Shown: in pieces, positions 39,035-53,244 of the stretch
Layout: each line of letters begins with the position of its first letter
Numbering within the stretch: position 1 is the first letter of the stretch
Source of the DNA: Tubulanus polymorphus
Lineage: Eukaryota; Animalia; Nemertea
Assembly (NCBI RefSeq): GCF_964204645.1
Contig: NC_134025.1
Location: 2,542,001 to 2,606,000, forward strand
Length of the DNA stretch: 64,000 nt
Reading direction: 5' to 3'
Notes under the pieces: generated by a model
Database searches by the model: none
Seen by the model: the letters and a program-made list of their open reading frames with translations, nothing else
Told to the model about the DNA's origin: nothing
Made by a program: the position numbers and the translations under genes

Positions 39035-42000
39035 TTAAAACTCTTTGCTCGTCATCATCTTGACAAATTCTGAAAAGTATAAAACACCGAATTTATGCGA
39101 ACATTGAGCTACTTTCGTGAAGGTTCATTAGAGACGGCGAAAGAATATTGAAATTCGTGCTATTTTAAGCATTTATAGATTAGACAAAGATCATTTTCGT
39201 GTATCGTTATTCCAAAACACGATTACGGTAGCATTTAGAAGAATAGAGAGCATAGTTAATACCCGCAACAAGTATCAGTAGTATATAGTGCTTTAGGAAG
39301 AGATAAAATATATCAGAAATCGTTAATGCCCGGTGGCTGAAGAGACACGAGAGAGCGGAAGAAGACGAAGTAAAGAATGTCGGTCTCTTATTTCAAATCC
39401 CCAGTGAACGTTGAATGTTTTATAGTCGCCTGACGATGTTAACGATCGTCATGTATATATTTCTGGATGGCAGGAAATCTGAAATTCTGTAATAAAGACG
39501 AATTCGTTGCTTAAAAACGTTGATATACGATAGAGCATGACATGTCGATTGCCCATACATCACCGCCGCAATAGCTGAAACGTAGCATTTGATTTTTTTT
39601 CTTCATTTTATCACGCATCAATTTCACGCTTTATTGAAAGCGAATATTACTTAGACCTTAAATATCGCCAGCTATTCGTTTTTGTATACGAACTGCGAAT
39701 AAAAAAGTAACGTGCAGAATGTAAACTAAGGGCAATAAATGAAGCAAATAATGAACGTACCGTCATAATTCACTCGACCATCACTGTCAACATCAGCCTC
39801 TTTAATCATTTCCTCTACGTCTTCATCCGTTAGTTTTTCCCCAATTTGCCCCATGATAGTTTTCAGTTCGTGTTTATCGATGAAACCGTCGTTGTTTTTA
39901 TCGAATTCGCTAAATGCCTTGCGCAGATCTTTCGCGTGGTTCTCCCATTGGTTCATCTTTGGTTCCATCATTTCGACGAATTCACCGAATTCGATAGTTT
40001 GGTTTCCTGAAGTGAAATGTTTGAATGCTTATGGAAGCAGTAGATACATATTTGCATTTTTTCATACCCCTAAAATTAAATGATTGTTTATCAAACTATG
40101 ATCTATCTTCATTACGCCTCCATAAGCTCATTTACTAGGATCCATAGTTTAAATGATCATTGAGCAATCAATTTTGAATATCATGATTTCTGATGATGAA
40201 TTATGTAGAATCTACTGTTTTCCTAAGTCATAATAGCTTCCAATCAACGATTAGTGATCAATTCATGAAGTTTTCTTCTTAAATTGAATAGGAGACCGTA
40301 AATGGAGATAGCTTCAAATGGGTTGATGTATGGGCAATTTTGCATCTCTAGATCGATGTACGAGTCGATTTATATCATACAGTTGTCACTGACTACAAAT
40401 AACAGCTCTCTTTTTCTCTTCTGAAATGCATATCACTAGACTATCGATATTGAAGTTCTTATTCACGAAAACTAAGGTCTTAATCGGGCGGTGGTATAGA
40501 GAACATGGAATTTACTGACCATCTTTATCGACATCTCTGATCATTTTGTGGACTTCTGCTTTTGTAGGATTTCTTCCTAACATCTGTATGATGTTTATAA
40601 GTTCATTAGCGTCGATGTGACCATCTCTGTTTTGGTCGAACTGTTGGAAAGCCTCTCGTAGAGCTGTAGAATAAAGGGAAAAAGATATTCTGCATTAAAC
40701 TGTTTTATTCAGTTAGGTCAAATCAGTACAGATTACAGAATGACATCGCGGATCTATTACGCATCAGAATTACATCACACAAACAGCGACATTAAACATC
40801 GTTAACGTTCCTCATCTCTACTGTTATACCGCTCATAAAACTATCGTCATCTAGAACTCGATCGCTTACTCTTTGCGGTTGGGGCATTTTCTCAATATTC
40901 CTTTTCATCTTGAAGGCTTTTAGAAAGCCTGTGAACGGGCAAACTGTCGATTGAACGACGATGGGAATAGTGTGTGAAGTATGTGAGAAGTGGGAGGTCG
41001 ACCTAAACCAGAAATACGACACTATTAAAAATGTATGCAATCAATACATCTCGATCATAGATATTTCGTTGGTTGATCATACATGTACACATTAATATAT
41101 CACTATTTGTTTGATTATTTACTTTTTTCCGAAAATTGATATCTATCACTTTTCGCAAGAATATCTACGATATAGGGCGCTGCATAAACGCAAAACGAGA
41201 AAAAATTACTGAATTGCAAATGGATTCGCAGACTTAGTCGCACAGCTAAGTCACTGAGTATACTAGGTTCAGACGCCCAATCAACTGGTCACTGTGGCCA
41301 TGAGGTTAGGCTGATCGCGCCTCCGAGGCCGACAGACCGAGTTCGACTCCTGTTAGGTCAGACATTTACAAAAGTACCAACAGTCTTTTTGTATCCTACG
41401 AAATTCGGTCAATGTTGATCACCAATCAAGTGAGGACCATCATTCGTATGTTAACAACTAAGAAATGCATCATTTTTTCTATAACAAGACGTAGGCCTGA
41501 AACGCCTGCGTTTCCTATTCTCAAAAAACATATTGACATTCATGACGTATCACTCGAGATGGCTCCGCGGGACAAATTCACTTTTATTTACTTTTTTCGT
41601 GAAGATCTTCGTGAACGCTTTTGGGATCGGTCGTGTATACGAGTTGTGCTACAATTTACACAAAAAATCATTTAACCGATAGTCTGGATATACTGCGCTG
41701 TAGCTTGTCCCGAGATAAAAGCAGCAATAAGAGATTTGAGACAGCATCAAATGAGCTTGCGTTATCGACTTTTGCAGATATAAGGTTCCACATAATGTTG
41801 TTAACAAGATTATTGGTAAAAAGGTCGAAGGAGGATGAATCGAAGAGGCACTAGTTCAATCAACAAACGCCGCATGATTCAAAATAATCGTTGTAATCGG
41901 ATTTGGAAGATACCCTGAAGAGATACTGAACTGGTATAATCAAATATCTCACATTCACTTCAGTGGTCGACTAAACACTTCATCATTGTTTTAGTCTTGC

Positions 42001-45000
42001 CTATCCTCTCGTTTGGACATTTTCTGACCTCACATCGTAATGTCCTTTTCAATAAATTACTCTCGGCAAATAGAATAACTAAAAACCCAACCATCGGTCC
42101 CGGAGGAAACTGTTAATTGCTACATTTATCAATAATTTTGCGAAGAGCTTTGCAAATATGCGCACATTATTTATCTCAATTGCTTAATGGACACTTTTAC
42201 ATGATGGCCATGTAAGCTAATTACAATCGCGTGCAATTCCCTTGATCTACAGTAATGATGTCACCTGTGACGTTAGGAATTATGCAAACAAACATATGTC
42301 GTTTATCAATTGCTTGAAAAAAAAAAACAAATCACCACCGTCACTATTCGCCCGCAGCTTTAATGTAAACCGATCTATCACACGATAAAAATCACTGAAA
42401 CTATTTCAACTCAAGTGCATTATTCGAACTGTAGCTGTTGGGGATAGAATTAGTGGAGGCTTCGCAATCGTTTTTTTTTTTGTACTCGAAAATGACGATT
42501 TTGAAAGGAAATTCTTACCATCCATTTGTTCATCTGTTAATCTACTTGTCGCTGACTGAAATTAGAAAACAGTGAGAAATTGAGCACGGACGAAATAAAG
42601 AAAATGTAAAAATAGACGAACGCATTTAAATCTTGCAGTGTTGGAATTTCAAGTCAGTTTCGTCAATAATGATATTGAAAACTTCTGTGCAAAATGCTAA
42701 GTGCTTAAAAGTGTGTTAAATGGAAAACGGCGATGAGTTTCTATGACATAGATTCATAACAGCCTACATCGCTGGGCGTTAATGAACCCAATCGAAAGTA
42801 AAGAGTGGTGGCAAAATTCAGTCGTAAAACAAACATCTCGACGCAGTTTATTGACCGAAATTTCAATATTCGCTTCGTTAATTTGCAATGCGGAATTTTC
42901 TCGAGAAATATTAAAACATGAAACGAAAATAAAATTCACGTAATTGGAACGATATTGAAGGGTGAGTGGGATAAGGGAGTTTCGGAAATCATGATTCAGC
43001 GCTTGTGACCTTCAGAATAATATATTGATATATCATATGAAATAAATTATCAACTAACAAATCATAGATTTATATTTCCATATTTATGATGTCCACTAAG
43101 TTATTCAGTATGTATATATATAAGTTACGACCGCTGGCCCCTCGCGGAAATAACGATGCTTGGTTTCTGATCTTTATTATATTCACTGGCACAACTGTAT
43201 TGGTTGATTAGATCTGACAATTAAATTCCGTGGTATGAATAAATATTTCATCAGCTAGGATCATGTCATTGGGTTCGCATAATGGATTTCCTGCACAAAT
43301 TTACTTTTACAGTTATCCGCTATTACAATTTGATTACTTCACCTAACCTTGTATATGCACGAGCGAATGCTTAAGCTGAACACATCTGAACATATGCCGT
43401 TCGATTCATGCCCATTTCATCTGACAAAACTATTCTTAGCCTTGGCTTTTCATACTCGTGATTAGTTCCTTCAAGATTAGCGTTTCATATCTGATGACCG
43501 CAGCAATTTTTCTATGTCCATCGATGATTAGTTTTTCATTCCATAACGATAAACACACACAAAAAAACCACATGTTTTTATATTATATTCTTTCCAACTC
43601 TGAGATATTGCCTTTTAGAATCAGGACTTTTGAAATAAATGATATAATATCGGATATTTCATTGCGATGCGTTCGATTTAGTCGTGTTTATGGTTGAAAA
43701 ATAGATAAAAGAAAAACCATTCATTTTATCACCGAATACGCGAGTGAAATTTCACTTTGAAAATTTCATCTTGTCATTGTGTTGATTTATTTTAACATTA
43801 CTTCAGGCGCAGGTGTGGGTTCTGACTTAACGGCCAATAAAACCATCACAGAATAAAATGTAAATATAGGTTTTTGTCAGTGAAACTGCTAATAACAGAT
43901 ACGATGAATTGTGGATCTAGATTTATGTTTCTTCGAGCGATATCTGATGATCAATTTCGACAGTATTATGATATATTGACAAATGATGTGTAGTTATTTC
44001 AATTCTCCACATTTCGGTAAAGAAAAATTGACAGCAAAACGTTCTACGTGTAGCACGCGTTTCATCCGGATATTTCCTTTCGAGGACTGTTCGATTCAGA
44101 GAAAGCTTGCTTATTTTATAGGCCTAGTATTCGATATACAATACGTCTTCTCATTTATATTCAGTAACGCAAGACATAAAATCTTACGTTACTATGAAGA
44201 TCATTAATTATTCTGGTGGACGACCTCGTGGAATCTTTCCATAACTGCCTAGGGATTCATGTAGGTATGGTTACTTCTCTGTGCAGCTGCATTTATCAAT
44301 CATGGGTTGAGAAGATCATTGGATTCGACTTAAATTCGATAATATGCCGACAGCGCTGCTGGAAGCCAGCGACGACATTTTGAACTCTGTCAAAGTTTTC
44401 AAACATCAAACGTGATGATATTCTTTCAGTTATAGTGTCCAGCCGCGACATACAAATGAGATTCTTCTAGGTTTATTAAGCATTAAAACATTCCGTGAGA
44501 TTTTTATAACCCATGGACGTGATGATTGAATGGTTGAAAGACACGCATTTCATTTGTCATTAGTCGTTCGACCCACCAACGAGGTACTTTTGTATGAATA
44601 TTTCAGTACTAGATTAGAAATGTTCGCTCAAAAATACTTTTATGATGATGACGCATTCTATCGCAACGGTTAGCATAGAAACACCGTGTGCTTTCGTATT
44701 TTCTGGAATCAATTTTCATCTTCAGTAAAATATCGTATTTCAATCTTGAACCGTTATCGCGTCAGTGGAAACCTTGGTTATGTTACCAAAAAAAAGATAT
44801 TCCTATACGCTGAATACAATCCGTTTCGTTCACACATCGTTGTCTGTTTACAACCGAGATTCAAAATTACCAGGAGCGCCAAAATATATTACTCAATATA
44901 GAAAGTGTCTGTCAATATAATCCGAGAAGACAACGCCATTACCTCAACACGTCAAGATATAGCCGCAAAACAACTTTATCTACAGCGACTCTATTAATGG

Positions 45001-48000
45001 AACTGAGTCAACTATTTCCATTTAAAGATTTAAAAAGAATGAACCGATCATAAAGAGTAGAGACGACGGTTGTTTTGAATTTCAGATTTTTCAGGGAAGC
45101 GTTTTGAATGTGCAATGGAACTCGCCGAAAAAATCCGTTGCTTTCTCCTGGTTTTCAATCTCATAAATAGAAGATTATTAATCACGTTAAATTGTATGGA
45201 GATGATTTTTCTTCTTTGAAATCTCTAGATTTATGTAGAATGGAGAATGAATTTCGTGTGAGAATCAACGAGCCCCCGTGTACTCAGTGTACTCGTCACT
45301 TGAAAGTTTTCGGTGTTTTTGCGCTAGGGATTCCTGTGTTTTCTCGCGAATAATGAATATTCAATTAGTTAACTCCAGCAGCTCGTCACGCATAAATATT
45401 TGAAATTTTGATAAGAAAATAAGCGCGAGCTATGAGATACCGATAGACATATATCATATGTTAATGCTTATAGACGATAAACGATTGTAACGATATGTGT
45501 CATATGTTGATGATTTAGATTTATACAATCGGAAATTTTTAACCCGTTTCACGCCACTTGGGAGATGTTTCCACGGTGTCTGAGTCCACTGTATATCGGG
45601 TCGAATAGATTGCTATGTCGCTATTGATAAACAACCAACCGGAACCGTATCATAGTCATACGTTACATTTCCGATATTAGAAACACTTATTCTATTGCAA
45701 ATTCATCGATTGCGTCTTCGAACATGAGACACTTAATGCCCACCCGACCTTCTTTATCGCTCATGTAGAACCGTATACATATCATATATATCAGAAATAT
45801 TAATTCAACGCTCGAAACTTAGCTCTCTGTCATCATCAACTTCATCAGCGAATGGAATTACAACATCTTGTAAACAGTGCTTCAAAAATTATCAATATGT
45901 ACATAATTTGTATTCGTTTACATTGCTAGACACACATACATGTATGCACATTTTTGTATGCGAAGTACTTTTTAAAAACGGCAAATTAGCTCACATGCAT
46001 CGCTACCCGATATTCGTCCTAGAAAGTTGACCGTTTTTGTATGTATGGAAAGTGACAGTATTCGTCGATACTGCAATTTCTGACAGTTGAAAGATTCAGG
46101 CTGAATTTAGTCAATTAGAGATAAATCTTCATTATGAAACGCTATTAAACCGTATGAGAGGTTAATGTGTCGTAGGAATCCCATCCCCGTGAACAACAAG
46201 GGAGATTATTAACGAAAGATTTATCGACAACTGAATTAAATCGGTGACGTCACTGTAGGATATTGAATTATACATCTTAGGTCCCAAATCGCCATAAACC
46301 TCGAAACATAATGTCTCTGAGCTTGTTGATTTGAAGTCGGGGATTACGAAGGTAATTAGTGGATGGCAAGTCACAGCGCATCTCACACATTATACGTGGA
46401 AACACGCGAACCAGAATTTACCGAATCTAAATCAATCAAATCTCAAGGGTAACAAATGTAATGTTGAAATGTTAGCCCGTACATGAAATCCACGACCTCG
46501 AATATCTATCTATATCTATCTATGTTATTTCCATCTGTTTAAAATTCAACGTCCACGAAAGATACGACCGACGAGTGCGCCGGTAACTACAGATACTCGT
46601 AAACTGCGGATACAATTCGAGAAAAGACGGTTTTTTTTCTTCGTTATGCGATAATCTAGTTTGTGGTAGTGGTTGTATTGTAGAAGTGGTAGTTTGAATG
46701 ACCATCAACTGGTAACAATATTATGAAAGTATGACGATAACGGTAATAGATAGGATATCAGTGAGAACGTGGACAGGTGATATTGCAACTTAATGACATG
46801 CTACTACCAATCTGCGTGTTAACATACACAAGAACGTCGGAATTATTACTTTTAGCGAGATCAAGCCAAAGCATATTCAATTTGTGACGTTCGATATTCT
46901 TTGAAGTTCCTTCGTTAGACGGTATTATCACAATGCGTAACGGCGACGCCGTATCTAGGGTCTGCTGCTTATATATAATTGTTATTATAGTTGATGTTAT
47001 ATCTCGATATTAATATTATGGTAGTTGTAAATTTTCATATTTTATGTATATTTGCATGCACAATGAAACAGTGAATGGGCCAACATGGATGCTATGTCAC
47101 TAGAACGGACTATTTATCATGGAACGCCTGACGATAACCCTGAACTAAATACAGGATAACCTCAAAATGATATCCAATCAACCGAAAAACACTTGTCCCC
47201 TGCTGAGAGTATCATCTTCCGATTGTTTGCATAGAATCCCAAAATCGCGTCACGTGACAGGGCGAGACAATTGGCGAGAATTTCCATAAAGATGTTCATT
47301 GATGGGTTCTGATATACGGAAATGATAGACTATGAAAACTATTCATCCTTAGCTGGACAGTGTATATCGATGCGTAGATTTAAGTCGATACTGCCATTGA
47401 ATACAGCATGAATGATTTAAACAATAACATTTTGATCTCCGCATAAAGATGAGTTGCAGAAACATATCAATATTTCATTCCCCGAGAAGGGAAACTGTCG
47501 AATACGCCAGGTTACTTTCAAACCATAACTGCATTAAACATTAGTTAATGGCTGTAATTTTCACAAAATTACTGTTATCTGTTTTTTTAAACTTCGTCTA
47601 AACTCTGAATAATTCAAAATCGTCGCGATATCTTCTCAGTTCTTATCTGCGTGTTTGTATACGATACACGCGTAGATAGCCTGGCTCGGGCCTGACGTTT
47701 TCCAGATCACTGATGAGGAAATGTTGCCTTTCATATCCGCTGAACCATTCGGGTATTTGCAAGCGGAACCAATGACGACCGGCACTGTAGTAGCCGACGT
47801 GTAAACGCATCATAAATACTCTTTAGAGAATTAATTCTGTTACCCAGTTTTCCCAAGTGACGCTCCGGGAATTTAATTACGTTACTTTTCTCGGATGTTC
47901 AGTACTAATTCAAATACCGCGTTATAGCGATACTCGATTGAGTGTAATGGTGCGTACTGATGTCTCGATTGATGTTTTCAGAGCGACGGCTTTTTTTCTC

Positions 48001-49367
48001 TAAATTCATCTATCACATCGAAACCATTCGTCAAACACTGTAGCTTTTGCTTTACGTGATTAGATTCACAAAAATCACCTTCAAACAGTCATCAAACGAC
48101 TTATTCAATCGGATATTGTAAGTCATCGAGCAAAATATCTAACGGCAACAATTTCTTCGCGAATTTAAACATTTTAATTGTTTTTTTTTTCGTTGATGAC
48201 AAATCGTTTATCATACAGATCCAGATGGCAGCGTAAGGAACACCGTCACAATTTTCAAGCTTTGCCCCCTTTTATAGCAATGGCAATTGTATTTGGAGGA
48301 ATTTTCTCCGCCCACAATTGATGGAGCAGCAGTCCTCTGCCCGGAAGTTGGACATATTTCCTTTTATTACCTTTAGTGTCAATAAAATACACTGACATTT
48401 CTAAATTTTTAAGACCCTCATTTTGGCTCCGCGGGTAGGCCTAACATACCCGCTTTAACAGAATTCCCATTTCATTTATTTGTTCTCTTGCCACCGATTC
48501 AAATATAGTGCGAATTTGGTGCGTTCGGTTGTGGAGAATTAGATGAAGTATTCTATAATGGGAATGACAAGCATCGATCTTGCGTAAAGAACATCTTATT
48601 CCATTCATCAAGGGATATAGAATATATTGTAAGGTCTATTGGGTATCGTCTAAGATTCATTATAGCGCATTCACATCTTCGGTTAATCTAGATAATTACA
48701 TCTTTTTTCTCTTTTCCGAGCGAAACCTGCGACCAACAGTACAACAGCCTAAAGCCGCGATAGACTATAAGCCGTATGAGGGTGATACCACATTTTCAGT
48801 AAGTATTATTCAGTTTTTGCTTATCTTATCTCTAAGGCGGAAAACATTTTTTTAAATCATCAAAATATACAAATATTTCGGTCACTGTTCATCACAAATT
48901 CGGATATTTCTCGCTCAGAATTCTTGCGTTGTTAAACTTAAAAAATTGCGAATGTTTTCGTCCGGAGTATTTCTGATAACTGACTGCATTTATCAACGAG
49001 AAGATTTATTTGAACGCAGTCACGTGCTGAATGATGACGTACTATAACGATTTAATCGATTTGTTTACTTCTTTAGATATCAATAAAGATTTTGCGAAAC
49101 AGTTTTTTCCCCATAATTTCATCATCTACGACAATATTCCATCATTCTTAATTTCAAATACGCCATAATTCATTATTGAACTGAACTTAAAAAAGATATT
49201 TTCTAATTTTCTATAAAAATGTTGCATTAAATTTGAATAGAAACCAGTATGATAATTAATTTAAAAATTTGATTATTTCTCCATATCGCGCTACGCAAAG
49301 ATTGTTATTTTCATCAGACTGATGAGATTAAACTAGGAATGTACAAGAAATGAAGTTGACCTACCAT
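39035..49367 (-). CDS. Divergent calmodulin-like protein with four EF-hands (about 154 aa)
   Basis: ATG-only first coding exon at 49365-49367 (donor GTAGGT; inferred), then 42519-42555 ([12 protein letters not shown]), 40520-40663, 39761-40006 and 39035-39069 ([11 protein letters not shown]). EF loops [48 protein letters not shown]. Confidence 0.85.
41285..41361 (+). repeat. tRNA-derived SINE-like head or tRNA relic
   Basis: A-box-like TGGCCATGAGGTTAGG and B-box GAGTTCGACTCC at tRNA spacing; no clean cloverleaf. Confidence 0.45.
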
Positions 49368-49446
49368 GATGGATGATATTGTTCAGTCCTTCTAACTTGC
49401 AGGAGCTATGAGTCGATGATGAGGCTGCCGCTGCCCGATACAGTCG

Positions 49447-49453
49447 TTTATAA
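49447..49453 (-). promoter_or_regulatory. Candidate TATA box of the calmodulin-like gene
   Basis: TTATAAA on the minus strand, about 80 nt upstream of the ATG|GTAGGT exon end. Confidence 0.45.
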
Positions 49454-50628
49454 GGCTAATGAACCGTGGTTAGATTGTGAGAGTTACAGTGGCCGCAACT
49501 GGCGCTGTCGTCATCGACGAACTGTCGTCAGATTTCGATACGATACGAAGACGGCGCTAATTATTCCACACTTTTACCCTAGGTTTGTAAGAGCAGGTGG
49601 TTCATATCTGATCAATTATTGTCAGATGAAAGGACTTTACAGGAAAATGCATGAATTTTTCAGTATGACTATTTCAGTAGCGTCACTCCGCGGTTAGAAC
49701 ACACAGCATTATATTATGCAACAACCGACCGGAGATATATATTAGTAATGAGAATTAGGAAATATAGTTTCAAATTTAAGCCATAATCTAAATGGCCCAC
49801 CTGAAGATCAAAATCTGTAGTGTGCATTTCGAGAAAATATGGCCGCGATTTCAGAAATATGATACTGCACTTCATTAAGAAGTCTCCAAGGAGTATTTTT
49901 TTTTTTCAATTTTCCACTAAAAGGCATCTTTTTAGCAAAACTTCTGCTCAATGACTAAATGTGGCCTTCTCCTGGGACCGGCATCGATCAAACCCTACGC
50001 GCTAGCCGCTAGGTCACTGGTCTGTAGTTACTTGGTTTTGATTATTGGTTAGTGTTGCTGACCATTGTCGGTTGGTGACGGGTGTAGAACTTCACTGGGG
50101 TTGTCAAATGTTCTATTTACGAAGATTCTATTACAAAGATTCTAATTGGGTTCGGGATGGACTCGATCGACGTTACATCCTTCTAAAGCCTTGTATCCAT
50201 CAAAATAAGTGTAAATATGAAAAACGACATGAAACCTGTATAGATGTATCAGCATTGCGATATGATCAAGCCCAATTGGAGATACACGATCGTAAACCAA
50301 TTTATTGATAATGGGACATGTGTTATATGTGTTTGATGTTGCGGTAATCAGTGATTAATCAGTTCCTCGGGACTAAAAATTCAATTATCAAATTTAATAT
50401 TTCATGCTTGTCATTGATTGCACAAGGTCAGACGCGTAGATCTCTCAATAAGAGTCATTATCTAATCATGTCGGTACAAAAATTGTAAAACATTTTCTCA
50501 ATATTGTCATCCTCATCTGCGTCCTTCACGTATCACCATGAATTATAAGGAACAATAATGATGATTGATGTGTTATTCAAAATGTTTATTAAAACGTGTA
50601 TATTTGCAATATTTCAAGAGTTAAAGAA

Positions 50629-51891
50629 CTAATCTTGAATCTCAGCCGGCAGGGTTATACAAACGATATCATCACCGTTATCGTCTTTCAGTTCCCATTT
50701 CACAACAACCTTGACCTGTAAAATATCACACAAATATCACATGAAAATTCAGCTTAATCTCATTTGAAGGTGAAAAGAGTTAATAACATCATGGACATCG
50801 CTCTAGTTTTCCGTGATAACCTCTAATTTCACCAAGAACCTTAGCAGGGGCGGATCCAGGGGGATGGGTAGACAGTATTGGAGGGCACCTTTCTGATCTT
50901 AGGGCACACCCAGTATCCAGGTCAATGCGAGTGCCGAAGGCGCGAAGTCCTTCGAAGGGGGTATGGGGGCCCTCCCCCAGAAAATTTTGAAAATATGGTA
51001 CCATTTAAAGGCTTTTAGAGGGCTTCTAGAGACTAATTCAGAGCAATCCAGAATAAACGACCCGGACACGGAATTAGCGGTTGCTGAAATAATGCCTTTA
51101 AAAATATTGCCGGTGAAATTTCGAAGGGCACTTAACAATTCTAGACCGTATTGGGCTAATACGGTCTGGATCCGCCTCTGCTTAGTGTCTGATGTAGGCG
51201 TACCACAGTTGGGTACACTATATAGGACCGTAGAGCGACGGAGATCACACTTCCAGGACTGGTTGAACATCCAGTATGAAAATGCCGTCATTAGTCTGAA
51301 TTTGTACTGTCAAATAGAAACGCGATTTTGGCATCACAAGAGTAGGAAGCACTTACTGATGGGTAGATGGATTTTACTGGAATAGACGCCTTGTATGTGT
51401 AAGTAGTACCAGTGGTTACTGGACATGCAACTCCTGATTTACAACCATCGGATTCCGGGATTGGGAAGGGGATCGGAATTCCAGCGAGTATTCCGTGTAC
51501 GGATCCAGTCAGTTTGTTGCTATTGACGTCTACAAATATCGATAAAATAACCCATCGTTATCAGACTTACAAAATAAAATCACCGACAAATTCTACTCGT
51601 AGAATATCAATCTCTGAGAATCGTGGCACTTACTTGAAACGAATTCGATGGCTACATTAGCAGACGTTCCACGATGAAGAATACACGGGAATTCATTACA
51701 AGGAGTAACTGTTACTGAATTGACTTTTCCGTTCTTAGAACCTAAAAATGTTTAGAGTTAACAACCAGTTGTGATAATAGAAGACAAGCTATCGGCGAGT
51801 TAATTCTACTAAAGATTTACCTACCGCAATCTTTGAACGTAGTAGCAGTTGACAGTGCCAAAATGGCAACGAAGACCGTCACAGTATACAT
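50629..51891 (-). CDS. NPC2: NPC2-like ML-domain sterol-binding protein, 4 exons
   Basis: Exons 51825-51891 (MYTVTVFVAILALSTATTFKDC), 51634-51741 (GSKNGKVNSVTVTPCNEFPCILHRG), about 51356-51528 (VHGILAGIPIPFPIPESDGCKSGVACP..YPS), 50629-50715 (VKVVVKWELKDDNGDDIVCITLPAEIQD*). Six conserved Cys. AATAAA (minus strand) at 50585-50590. Confidence 0.93.
50845..51180. mobile_element. MITE with CAGGGGCGGATCCAG TIRs and 5-bp TSD CTTAG, in NPC2 intron 3
   Basis: CTTAG-CAGGGGCGGATCCAG ... CTGGATCCGCCTCTG-CTTAG. Confidence 0.85.
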
Positions 51892-52520
51892 GGCGAATGG
51901 TACTTACTTATTCACAAAACACTCTTTTTATTTGTGAATCTATATCAGCCGATACATGGCGTGACCAATTTATCTTCCATTTCACGTGTTCTTTTCGCAT
52001 TTCTATCTTATCATCGGTTATTTGCAGTCTAGATTACTACAATTATATATCGAAATAAATTGAAAATTCAGGTCCGATACGCGTGCATTTATCAACTCAA
52101 AAATCTACACAAATTACTAGACACATTTGTAAATTGTGATTTCATTCTTATAAATGGATACGAAAATTACGTAATAACCGGTCGGTAATTGCTCTATAAT
52201 CTGTAATTGAATTGAAAGTGTTGTCTTCAGAATCGAATTATTCAGAACAACTAAAGTTCGAACGACTTTACTCAATAATGATAATGGAAATGTCTCCGGT
52301 CGCTGGAGGCTTGGAGTAAACTCCAAGCTGGAGGCAACCAGAGTCGGGTGTAGTTGCTTCTCGCGCTATTTCCCATTTGATATTTCTACTGCGGCATGCG
52401 AGTGATGTTTTCACCGTCGGTTGCATGTGACACACATTGGTTAGCATAGAGGATACTTTAGATGATTGCCGTGCTTATCATGCATTTCGACGAGTAAATC
52501 TTTTTCAAAACAGATTTTCA

Positions 52521-53244
52521 CATCCCTTCAATAGTATATATTGTAAATAGTTAATGCATATTTTGTTATTTTTCAACTTATATCACTTTTGTTTCGAAAA
52601 TATGATAGTTTCCCTCGATGTACCATGGAAGTAGTTGGAAAGTAAATAGATTCGTTATTCGTGATTTTCCTACTGTGGCATGCTCGTAATAAAACCTCAA
52701 TTTTCAAACGACTCATTTCATTAACTCAAAAGTTGAAAATTCGAATCCCACGGGTACGGGCTTACAAATGCTGTTGCATAGGCGAAACAGCGGCCATCAG
52801 TCGTTTCATATAGTTCATGCATCGGGTCACCAGATGGCAGATTCGTCGACAAAGAAACGAGCAAAAACTTTTTGAATTTGAATACCTTTAATACCCTTGA
52901 TATTCTGAAAAACCCAACGGTCAACTTAGCTAAATTCATTAAGACCGGCTTAGATGTATATAGATCCCTCCAATAGTATATATAGTATTGTAAATAGTTG
53001 ATGTATATAATAGTATATATAGTATTGTAAATAGTTGATGTATATGTATATTTCGTTACGTTTTCATTCTCTAAATTTTAATCACTTTAGTGTTGTTTTG
53101 TAAATATTTGTATATACATGTGTAATAGTTTTCCTCCATATACCATGGAAATGGTTGGAGTGTAAATAAATCGTAATCGTAATCGTAAAAAAAAACGAAG
53201 CAGTCCAAAGCCATAAGAAATCGTGTGGCTTTCCTTGCAATAGC
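52521..53244. repeat. Diverged direct repeat pair with a nested 37-bp tandem duplication
   Basis: ATCCCT.CAATAGTATATA..TTGTAAATAGTT and TACCATGGAA..GTTGGA..GTAAATA occur at about 52521-52680 and 52963-53244. AATAGTATATATAGTATTGTAAATAGTTGATGTATAT is repeated at 52972-53045. Confidence 0.7.

Noticed and set aside
41285-41361. Functional tRNA gene
   Set aside because: A and B boxes are present but the acceptor, anticodon and T stems are poorly paired; kept only as a SINE-like relic.
47710-47745. CTGATGA as another hammerhead core (similar words near 27621, 36637, 44720 and 49319)
   Set aside because: No paired stem II followed by GAAA at any of these sites.
50789-51385. Three overlapping ORFs of 71-140 aa
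   Set aside because: They span the GC-rich MITE in NPC2 intron 3; no recognisable domain.
52309-52328. GC-rich 8-bp hairpin GCTTGGAG-TAAA-CTCCAAGC as a terminator or Helitron end
   Set aside because: No downstream CTRR end or other supporting context; hairpins of this length arise by chance.
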